In this document: in pieces, positions 1 to 7,304 of the stretch | Position numbering within the stretch: the stretch's first letter is position 1 | Layout of the letters: each line of letters opens with the position of its first letter | NCBI RefSeq assembly: GCF_006345805.1 | Contig: NW_021828495.1 | Span: forward strand, 1-7,992 | Length of the DNA stretch: 7,992 nt | Direction: 5' to 3' | Source of the DNA: Octopus sinensis | Taxonomy: Eukaryota | Position numbers and translations under genes: made by a program | Notes under the pieces: model-generated | Database searches by the model: none | What the model was told of the DNA's origin: nothing | The model's input: only the letters and a program-made list of their open reading frames with translations

Positions 1-2
1 GT

Positions 3-187
3 AAGGCAGCGAGCTGGTAGAATTGTTATCACAGCGGGCGAAATGCTTCGTGGTATTTCGTCTGTCTTTAGTTTCTGTGTTCAAATTCAACCAAGGCCGA
101 TTTTGCCTGGGATCGTACTGGGATCGATCCAATCGACGAGCCCCCTCCACCAAAATTTTGAGCCATGTGCCTAGAGTAGAAAAATAT
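3..187 (+). mobile_element. tRNA-derived SINE, group A (tail 1), internally deleted
   Basis: Head aaggcagcgagctggtagaatt (A-box-like) and gttcaaatt (B-box-like). Aligns by eye with the other group A copies (199, 4862, 5559, and 5303-5530 minus). Lacks the ttcatcctttcgg...aagtacc segment. Confidence 0.85.
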
Positions 188-198
188 CTACTATTCTG

Positions 199-370
199 AA
201 GGAGGCGAGCTGGCAAAAAAGTTAACACGCGTTCTGTGTTCAGAAGTCGACTTTGGTTTTTATCCTTTCGGAGTCGATAAATCAAGTGCCAGTTGCATAC
301 TAGGCTCGATCTAATCGACTGACCCGCAACCCCAAAATTTTGATCTTTTGCTTAGTGTAGAAAAAAAATA
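199..370 (+). mobile_element. tRNA-derived SINE, group A (tail 1), with Deu/Nin-like central domain
   Basis: Head aaggaggcgagctggc. Central gtcgactttggtttttatcctttcggagtcgataaatcaagtgcc resembles the Deu/Nin motif GCCTTYCATCCTTYCGRGGTCGRTAAA..AGTACC. Tail ccccaaaattttg...tgcttagtgtagaaaa. Two deletions in the head. Confidence 0.85.
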
Positions 371-400
371 AAATCAGTAGTTCAGTCGAATAAATTTATT

Positions 401-532
401 TGGTATCATTTTGGAAGAGCGAACAGTCTCTCTTCAAGATCTAGTCCAGAAAGGGCATTAATTTTGGAGCAGGTTAACAAAGTGCCTGAACACTTAACTT
501 TAGGAAATAATTTAAAATTTGTAGATACGGAA
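401..532 (+). pseudogene. Probable upstream segment of the decayed hAT transposase (continues at ~992 after the SINE-B insertion)
   Basis: Frame from 401 reads WYHFGRANSLSSRSSPERA...NNLKFVDTE. From memory this resembles the 'LY.HF.EA....R...ER....GL...L....F..NL..M.D.L' region preceding 'LS.ELQ' in KIAA1586-like hAT proteins; FLLPFELQR follows just past the SINE. Confidence 0.45.
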
Positions 533-988
533 TTTACCTTTTATCTTTTACCGCTTTTAGTCATTATACTGCGGCCATACTGGGGCACCACCTTGAATAA
601 TTTCTAGTCGAATGAATCAACTCTAGTACTGTTTTTTTTTTGAAAGCCTGCCACTTATTCTATCGGTCTCTTTTGCCGAACGGTAAATTTACAGGGACGT
701 AAACACACCAAGACTGGTTGTCAAGTGACGGTGAGAACAAATTCAAAAATAGGGACACACACAAACACGCACGCACACGCATACACACACATATACACGC
801 ACATACACACTCACGCACACACATACGACACGCTTCTTTTAATTTCCGTCTACGAAACCTACTCACACGGCTTTGGTGAACCCGATGTTATAATAAAAGA
901 CACTTGACCAATGGGCCACGCAGTGGGTCTGAACTCCGAACTAACTGGTAGGGAAGCAAGCTTCATACCACAGAGTCACGCATGTGCC
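533..988 (-). mobile_element. tRNA-derived SINE, group B (CORE-like), near full length with internal microsatellite
   Basis: Minus-strand head ggcacatgcgtgactctgtggtatgaag...gagttcagacccactgcgtggcccattggtcaagtgtc, an internal CA/TG tract, and a 3' part ending ...ggccgcagtataatgactaaaagcggtaaaagataaaagg. Homologous to 5816-6172 and 6722-6846. Confidence 0.85.
755..826. repeat. Compound (CA)n/(CACG)n/(CATA)n microsatellite inside SINE-B
   Basis: Directly visible. Explains the THTH/CVCV ORFs at 660-866 and 725-907. Confidence 0.9.
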
Positions 989-991
989 TGT

Positions 992-1739
992 GGTAATGTT
1001 TTCTTACTGCCATTCGAACTACAGAGGGTAAATGGTAGACTTGGCAAAAATACACGAAGAACTTAAATAAGCTAATATGGGTCTTGAATGTCAAATAAGA
1101 AAGCCGGGAAGAATATTTCACTCAAAGAGCTGAAAGAAACGAATCAGATGCTATATAAAGAGATAAATTTACAGGAATGGTAAAATACCAAGAATACATC
1201 AACTATCTTTGAAGAGTTTGGTTACTGATATGTAATCCACTCCCAGGAAATTACGACAACTCCCCATGATGTATGTTAAAGTCAATTAACCAGCCAAAAT
1301 ATTCAGATATTAACTACATTACAGGTAATTCCTTTAATCTTATTATTTTTATGTTTAAGCGTAATGATGCCCCAAAAGTAGTAAAACGGTTTGGTTCCAA
1401 TGGCTTGTTGATTATGAGAGCATACAGAGAATTTAAGGTATCTGAAAGGAAAATAGTTTCTGCACATTTTCAGCAGTTGCTAGCGGCTGTAATAACATAT
1501 ATTCCGGTGTCAACAGCAGAACGTGAAAAGTGAAAGAATCTTGTGTTGTATGAATTTATGCATATCGCCTCAACCGCGTACAGATTCAAAACGATCATCT
1601 TTCAACTCTTCTATTTATTAAGATGGTGGGTGGGATATCTGCTGTCAAAATTCAACCCTGAGGAATATGTAATATATGGCTTCGTAGCGGCAGAAAACAC
1701 GCTGGGAAAATAAGAAAAAAAATGGCGTACAAGAAGTGA
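992..1739 (+). pseudogene. Decayed hAT-superfamily transposase, C-terminal half with hATC dimerisation region (KIAA1586/ZNF862-like)
   Basis: Stitched frames: FLLPFELQR..DLAKIHEEL..KPG..LYKEINLQ..GKIPRIHQLSLKSLVTDM..VVKRFGSNGLLIMRAYREFKVSERKIVSAHFQQLLAAVITYIPVSTAE(1501-1521)RERILCCMNLCISP..RVQIQNDHLSTLLFIKMVG..LSKFNPEEYVI..WLRSGRKHAG. Matches the hATC pattern PVSTA.CER.FS.MN...R..L....L..LLFI...G....F.P..YV..W. Multiple stops and frameshifts. Confidence 0.8.
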
Positions 1740-1886
1740 GAAGGCAAGGAGGCAACTGAAAAGTAAATGAAGATTATAAACAGTAAGGGGAATATTGTGT
1801 AAACTGAAGTGTAAAACACTTAATATGCTACATTTGTTGGTTAATGGGGAGGCAGAAATTTTAGAAATTCAGACTGTACTTATGTC

Positions 1887-1914
1887 TATACATAGGTGTG
1901 TGTGCGTCCGTGAG

Positions 1915-1951
<37 letters not shown>

Positions 1952-1996
1952 GCACACGTATGTATGCAATGAAGGAGAAGCTGCTAAACTAAACAC

Positions 1997-2031
<35 letters not shown>

Positions 2032-2130
2032 GTGTAAGCACTGATATGTACTTACTTGTATGTGTGTGAGCATGTGTATACATAGATATGTATACCTATA
2101 TATCTATCTATCTATCTAGTCCTACTTCTA

Positions 2131-2172
<42 letters not shown>

Positions 2173-2260
2173 ATATATTATATATATATTATATATCATA
2201 TATCATCCACATATATCCATATATACATACACACACATACACACACATATACATATATAC
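1887..2260. repeat. Compound microsatellite field: (TG)n, (TA)n, (TATC)n, (CA)n
   Basis: Directly visible simple repeats. Confidence 0.95.
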
Positions 2261-2330
2261 TGTGAAGTTCTGTAGTCTATGGATAATACAGGTATTCGAA
2301 ACTGTACTGGTATTTTACTCATCATCAACT

Positions 2331-2422
2331 TACCAATTTTGAATAATTTCTCCCGTTATATATACATATATATATATATATAATATATATATATATATTG
2401 GAGAAATTATACAAAATGGGTA
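2331..2422. repeat. 23-bp inverted repeat around a TA-rich spacer
   Basis: TACCAATTTTGAATAATTTCTCC (2331-2353) vs reverse complement of 2400-2422, TACCCATTTTGTATAATTTCTCC: 21/23 identical. Confidence 0.9.
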
Positions 2423-2544
2423 TATATATATATATATATTATATATACACCCCCGCAAATTTTTATGGATAACACCATACCAAAATTCTGGTGCATCTAA
2501 ATTAAGTACCATATTCATTTGAATCTAAATGGTTGCTGAACTTT

Positions 2545-2550
<6 letters not shown>

Positions 2551-2594
<44 letters not shown>
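2551..2594. repeat. (TA)22 microsatellite
   Basis: Directly visible. Confidence 0.95.
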
Positions 2595-2595
<1 letters not shown>

Positions 2596-3133
2596 CAAAG
2601 ATAATGCGATACAATAAAATTAATTAAATCGCCGGTGTACCAGTACATATATATTATTACATGGACCCAGATATGTGAAACTGTCTACTATACAATACTA
2701 TTAATTCTAAATATTCCTGAACTAAGAAAAATTCCCCAAATATTTATTATTCGTATTATATCGAAAAGAATGAAATATAACTAGCTGTTGTATACCCATA
2801 GCTTTGTATGTGGGCGCGGATATATGTGTGTTGTGTGTGTGTGTGTGTGACTCTATATGCGTACGCGTGAGGATAGCTATCATGCTCTTTCCAAGCTATA
2901 TATTCCCAAAATGGCTGTTCAGACACAAAAACAACAACAAAAACAAAACGCGTTTTTCGCACGAAAGACTTGCAGTGTCCCGGAGCGCCCAGCTGCACAA
3001 ATCCATTTTGTTTATTATGATTGTCGCTTTTGTGATCTTCAACCAAAATTCAAGGGTAAAAATGTTACAACAGGGCTCGCCTACCTCTGGTTTTTCCCAT
3101 GCAATTCAAAAAAATATGCCAAACTTGGAAGCA

Positions 3134-3340
3134 ACGTGTCACATGATAAGTGACACGTGATTTAGTGGGGGTGGGGAGGAACAAGTGTCAGTGACGGTAG
3201 CAACCAATCAGTTACTGAAACGGATTTCGAAATACGACTTTAGGAACCGCGGCGGGCTTGGTTTTGCGATCACGTGCAACCTCTGATGTGAATCATTTGT
3301 TTCAAGTTTAGAGAGATTCTAGCTATATATGAAAAGCCAG
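3134..3340. promoter_or_regulatory. Putative promoter/enhancer island (E-boxes, Sp/KLF box, CCAAT box)
   Basis: TCACATGA 3139-3146, CACGTG 3154-3159 and 3271-3276, GGGGGTGGGG 3167-3176, AACCAATCAG 3202-3211, and CpG-retaining ccgcggcggg ~3247-3256, all in non-repeat DNA. No transcript evidence. Confidence 0.45.
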
Positions 3341-3463
3341 TTGCGGACGTAGGATACAACATTTAACTCCTGTGACATCATATCCGGACACGATCATATG
3401 GTGCTAAACTGTATTTGCCGCTGAGTTTAGCCGTTTTACCTTTAGTTAGTAGTTTAGAGCCTA

Positions 3464-3737
3464 TAAAGCTCCCTTCGGTCATGAATGACCATGGGATTGC
3501 ACTTAAAATTTCACTCCGAGGCACAAGTCCGGGCACTGTTATTTATGGAAGACCAGCAGTCGCCCATACATACCAGCCTTCCCTCTCCACGCCACCGATG
3601 TCATCCAAGGGAAAAGCAAACGTCGATGCAGCTCGACACCAGCGGCGTCGCAATTCATTTCTACAGCTGAGTGACTTGGAACTACGTGAAATTAAGTCTT
3701 TTGCTCAAGAAAACAACACACAACCTGGTCCGGGAAT
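3464..3737 (-). mobile_element. SINE group C (CORE-like), 5'-truncated copy lacking the tRNA head
   Basis: Clearly homologous to 3741-4020; stops at ...ccgggaat within the B-box region. Minus strand has CORE-like tgttgttttcttgagcaaaagactt...cactcagctgtagaaatga. Confidence 0.85.
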
Positions 3738-3740
3738 ATA

Positions 3741-4020
3741 TAAAGTAAAGACCTGCTTCGGTCATGAATGACCATGGGATTGTACCTAGAAAGTTACTCT
3801 CCGAGGCATAAGCCCGGGCAAGGTTGTTTATGGATGACCAGCAGTCGCCCATGCGTACCAGCCTTCCCTCGCAACTCATTTCTACAGAAGTGTGAACTGG
3901 AGAAACATGAAATAAAGTGTCTTGCTCAAGAACACAACACAGCCTAGTCCGGGAATCGAACTCGCTTACCTCATGATTGTGAGCCCGACGCTCTAATCAC
4001 AGAGCCAAGGGCCTTCACCA
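3741..4020 (-). mobile_element. SINE group C (CORE-like) with tRNA head and 64-bp internal deletion
   Basis: Minus head tggtgaaggcccttggctctgtgattagagcg...gagttcgattcccgg (A and B boxes), CORE-like gtgttcttgagcaagacactt, and a (cttta)n-type 3' end. Confidence 0.85.
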
Positions 4021-4523
4021 GAGTCTATATGTGTTTATAAATAAGAACTTTTACAGCGATTACAGGTACTTGTTCAGGATTTGTTGAAGAGATGTCACAA
4101 TAGTGCTGCTGGTCTTTGGTCCAAGACTGTAGAAAACCTGTATGAACATATTTCTGTGTCCTAGAATGATATTTTAGCATACACTCTAACTTCTCGCTCA
4201 GTATAAACACAAGTTATAGAATTTCGTTTCTGAATACACTTGCAACAAACTTGTTGATCAAATATAACAACAAACTTTTTGCTCGTATCGTATAGCAACT
4301 TTCGGAAAACAAATCTCTTAAAATATCACAACAAACTTTCTATATTCTATTATATAGCTGCAAAACAACACTTAAAATGTAACAAAAAACTTATATATGT
4401 TTGGTATAAGAGAAATATATTGAAACGTCTGACTTATTCTTTGAAAATATTACTTTTTGCACATAAAAAAATTGCAGTATTCTCTTTGCTTAGTTTGCTG
4501 TGTCGTGCGTTATTATGATTTTA

Positions 4524-4851
4524 TAGCGGCATCTATTCCGTCTTTAGGTTCTGTGTTCAAATTCTTATTTCTTTACTGCCCACAAGGGTCTACACACAGA
4601 GGGGACAAACAAGGACAGACAAACGGATTAAGTCTTGTTTGTCCCCTCTGTGTTTAGCCCCTTGTGGACAGTAAAGAAATAGAAATAGTTATTTCGTCTG
4701 TCTTCTGGGTTCAAATTCCGCCGAAGTCGACTTTGTCTTTCATCCTTTCGGCATCGATAAATTAAGTACCAGTTACATACTGGGGTCGAGTTAATCGTCT
4801 GGCCCCTCCCCGCAAATGTCAGCCCTTGTGTCTCTAGGAGAAGGGATTATT
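4524..4851 (+). mobile_element. Composite SINE-A locus: head fragment + inverted tail 2 + direct tail 2 + body with tail 1
   Basis: 4524-4563 head fragment (tagcggc...gttcaaatt); 4564-4633 tail 2 antisense; 4634-4688 tail 2 sense; 4689-4851 tatttcgtctg...Deu/Nin-like core...ggcccctcccc...gattatt. Confidence 0.85.
4566..4681. repeat. 48-bp inverted repeat (45/48) with 20-nt spacer, formed by two SINE-A tail-2 copies
   Basis: 4566-4613 vs reverse complement of 4634-4681: 3 mismatches. Confidence 0.92.
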
Positions 4852-4861
4852 TAGCCAGATC

Positions 4862-5069
4862 AAGGTGGCGAACTGGCAGAATCTTTAGTGCGTCGGACAA
4901 ACTGCTTAGTGGCATTTCCTGCAGCTTTTTACGTTCTGAGCTCAAGCTGCTCCGAGGTCGACTCTGCCTTTCATCAATAAGATAAGTACAATTGGATCAC
5001 GGGCCTACATAGTCAAAGTTCCCGTCCAACAGCCTAGCAGGTCTTGTGCTAAAATTTGAAAGAATTATT
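4862..5069 (+). mobile_element. SINE group A, diverged copy (tail 1 variant)
   Basis: aaggtggcgaactggcagaatc...ccgaggtcgactctgcctttcatc...gtcttgtgctaaaatttgaaagaattatt. Confidence 0.8.
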
Positions 5070-5087
5070 TGTTCACAACTGATAAAA

Positions 5088-5530
5088 TCGACCTCGGCTG
5101 AATTTGAACTCAGAACATAAAGACAGACGAAATACTGCTAAGCATTTCGCCCGGCGTGCTAACGTTTCTTATTTCTTTGTTGCCCACAAGGGGCTAAACA
5201 TAGCGGGGACAAACAAGGACAGACAAATTAAGTCGATTGCATCGACCACAGTGCTTAACTGGTACTTAATTTATCGATGACGAAAGGATGAAAGGCAAAT
5301 ACCTATTTCTTTACTACCCACAAGGGACTAAACACAGAGAGGACAAACAAGGACAGACAAACGGATTAAGTTGATTACATCGATCCCCAGTGCATAACTG
5401 GTACTTATTTAATCGACCCCGAAAGGATGAAAGGCAAAGTCGCGGAATTTGAACTCAGAACGTAGCGGCAGACGAAATACCGCTCAGCATTTCGCCCGCC
5501 GTGCTAACGTTTCTACCAACTCGCCGCCCT
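5088..5530 (-). mobile_element. Head-to-tail trimer of SINE-A (tail 2) units
   Basis: Read on the minus strand: near-complete unit 5530-5303, partial unit 5302-5168 and head fragment 5167-5088, joined with no spacer. Confidence 0.88.
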
Positions 5531-5558
5531 TGAAGTTTGCCTTATTACGTGCTGTACG

Positions 5559-5780
5559 AGGCGACCAGGTGGCAGAATCTTTAGCACCTAAAATTCTAAG
5601 CGGAATTTCTTCCAACTTTATGATTTGACTTCAAATGCCTCCGCGGTTGACTTTACTTTTCATTCGTTCGGTGTCAATAAAACAAGTACCAACGAAGCAC
5701 TAGCGTCGATGTAATCGACTAGATTCGAACCCACGCTACCGAAACTGTTGGTCTTGAAACAAAATTTGAAACCGTTATTA
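5559..5780 (+). mobile_element. SINE group A, old diverged copy (tail 1 variant)
   Basis: aggcgaccaggtggcagaatc...gttgactttacttttcattcgttcggtgtcaataaaacaagtacc...gtcgatgtaatcgact...aaaatttgaaaccgttatta. Confidence 0.8.
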
Positions 5781-5815
5781 TATGCTGCGTCTGTGCTTTG
5801 AGTTTTGTTTCTTGT

Positions 5816-5824
5816 TTACTCTTT

Positions 5825-5869
<45 letters not shown>

Positions 5870-5966
5870 TCTTTTACTTGTTTCAGTCATTTGACTGCAG
5901 TCATGCAGAAGCACCGACTTTAGTCGAGCAACAGGTTTTGTTGAATTTTCTGCTGCTTTAAATAAA

Positions 5967-6011
<45 letters not shown>

Positions 6012-6172
6012 CATATATGGGCTTCTTTCAGTTTCTGTCTACCAAATCCATTCACAAGGCTTTGGTCAGCCCGAGGCTATAGTAGAAAACACTCGCCCAA
6101 GGTGCCATGCAGTGGGACTGAACCCGGAACCATGTGATTGGTAAGCAAGCCACTTACCACACAGCCACTCCT
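5816..6172 (-). mobile_element. SINE group B with (CT)19 in the tail and (TA)19 internally; part of the 3' body is missing
   Basis: Head aggagtggctgtgtggtaagtggcttgcttacc...gggttcagtcccactgcatggcaccttgggcgagtg; tail ...cagtcaaatgactgaaacaagtaaaagagtaaaag. Homologous to 533-988. Confidence 0.87.
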
Positions 6173-6721
6173 ACAAAATTTTAGTGCTGTCAACTAATGT
6201 CGTATATCGAATTCCATTCCGTGTCACGTATTTTTATTTTACCTATTCTAATGTCATATGCTACGCAGGCACCTCGCTGTAAGTGCATGCTCCATAGACG
6301 AGAAAGTTTAAAGCATGCAATTTCTACCTTTCATGTTTACATTGAAGTTTCTACATCACACAGCATCAAGTACATTCTGTAATTTACTTCTCTGTAATTA
6401 CATGCTGATGCGAAGGCTGTTTTATTTTCATGTTTCCTAATGTTTTCATCCTATGACTTTGTGTGACTTTGTGTAATACATGCGCCATTTTGTTTTATTT
6501 GTTTCGTAACGAGGTATTCGGCGGTTCTCTAGCAAAGGTCCTTCTGTGCTTTTTGCTGTATTAGATAGGTGGAGGTTTGTGTATTCTAATGAAAGTCGAA
6601 ATTATTGCAAATGTGTGGGTGTGGGTTTATTTGTTCGTGTACTGTTCTCAAATTTGCCCTATCAAAGTGTTTTTAATGTGTTTACTAAGTTTAAGTCAGT
6701 ACGTAAGATTTTGATATTTAA

Positions 6722-6846
6722 AGCTTCTTTTGGTCGGCCTGAAGCTATAGTAGAAAACACTTGGCCATGGTACCCGCGAAGTGGGGTTGAACCCAGAGCC
6801 GTGTGGTTGGTAAGCTGGCTTCTTACCACACTGCCACGACCGCGCC
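6722..6846 (-). mobile_element. SINE group B, head/CORE fragment
   Basis: Minus ggcgcggtcgtggcagtgtggtaagaagccagcttaccaaccacacggctctgggttcaacccc...ggccaagtgttttctactatagc. Confidence 0.82.
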
Positions 6847-6894
6847 TATATATATATATTATATTTTTACCATAATGAATTATGGCTGATTTAG

Positions 6895-7006
6895 CACACA
6901 CACATACACACACACTCAAACACACACACATACATATATACATATATATATAAGTTTTTCTGCGCATACACACTCACACACGCGCACACACACTCATGCA
7001 CGCACA
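6895..7006. repeat. Compound (CA)n/(TA)n microsatellite
   Basis: Directly visible. Confidence 0.9.
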
Positions 7007-7280
7007 CAGTGTTTAGGGTCTTGCACTCACAAACGTGGGTTCGATTCTCGGATCAGGCAGCACGTCATGTTCTTGAACAATACATATCATTTCGCGTTGT
7101 TGCTATCCACTCACCTGCAAATGAATAAACCCCTGTGACGGACTCACTTCCCGATCGGTGTCTATATTGGCCTCCTCACCAAGCAAGGGAAGATGGCAGA
7201 GTTAAAAGGCTAAAAAACAATGCAAAGCGCATTGTGACCAGCGATGTGATACACCGTCCGATAGCCTTGTTGATACTGTG
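7007..7280 (+). mobile_element. Diverged tRNA-derived CORE-like SINE (group D; head like group C, different 3' half)
   Basis: cagtgtttagggt...gggttcgattctcgg (B box), CORE-like atgttcttgaacaatacat...tccactcacctgcaaatgaa, then a 3' region unrelated to the group C tail. Confidence 0.65.
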
Positions 7281-7304
7281 ATCTATCTATCTATCTATCT
7301 ATCT
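7281..7304. repeat. (ATCT)6 microsatellite
   Basis: Directly visible between the SINE-D end and the LINE start. Confidence 0.95.

Larger units (their letters stand above)
2262..2720 (-). pseudogene. Possible highly degraded non-LTR reverse transcriptase fragment interrupted by TA tracts
   Basis: Minus 2688-2665 reads VDSFTYLG, resembling the YLG motif at the end of LINE RT cores. Further downstream, removing 2356-2455 gives ...HKNLREKLFKIGKLMMSKIPVQFRIPVLSIDY, loosely thumb-like. Weak, by-eye similarity only. Confidence 0.3.

Noticed and set aside
660-2083. ORFs rich in CV/HT/YI dipeptides (also 2756-3160, 5816-6055, 6662-6973)
   Set aside because: They are translations of microsatellites and SINEs, with no protein-family signal.
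3079-3100. Minus-strand ATG GGA AAA ACC AGA G|GTAGGC (MGKTRG, reminiscent of the uS12/RPS23 N-terminus) as a first exon
   Set aside because: Only 5-6 codons with a mediocre donor, and no downstream RPS23-like exon in the 3 kb visible on that strand.
3415-3879. ORFs 3415-3771, 3485-3670 and 3682-3879
   Set aside because: They lie almost entirely within the two SINE-C copies.
3945-4020. tRNA genes at SINE heads (also ~5450-5530 and ~6100-6172)
   Set aside because: A/B boxes are present but there is no complete cloverleaf, and each runs straight into a SINE body.
4057-4065. 9-nt microexon candidate ttttacag|CGATTACAG|gtactt
   Set aside because: Weak donor and short pyrimidine tract; equally explained by a ttacag direct repeat.
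4564-5400. CRISPR-like array from the repeated tatttcttt...cccacaaggg motif
   Set aside because: Mixed orientation, irregular spacing and homologous intervening DNA; these are eukaryotic SINE tails.
6400-6420. Hammerhead ribozyme core (ctgatgcgaa; also ctgatgtgaa near 3283 and atgacgaaag near 5277)
   Set aside because: No intact CUGANGA plus stem II plus GAAA arrangement found by eye; a covariance-model scan would be needed to exclude other ribozymes.
6482-6490. YY1-like motif GCGCCATTTT
   Set aside because: An isolated short motif without supporting promoter context.
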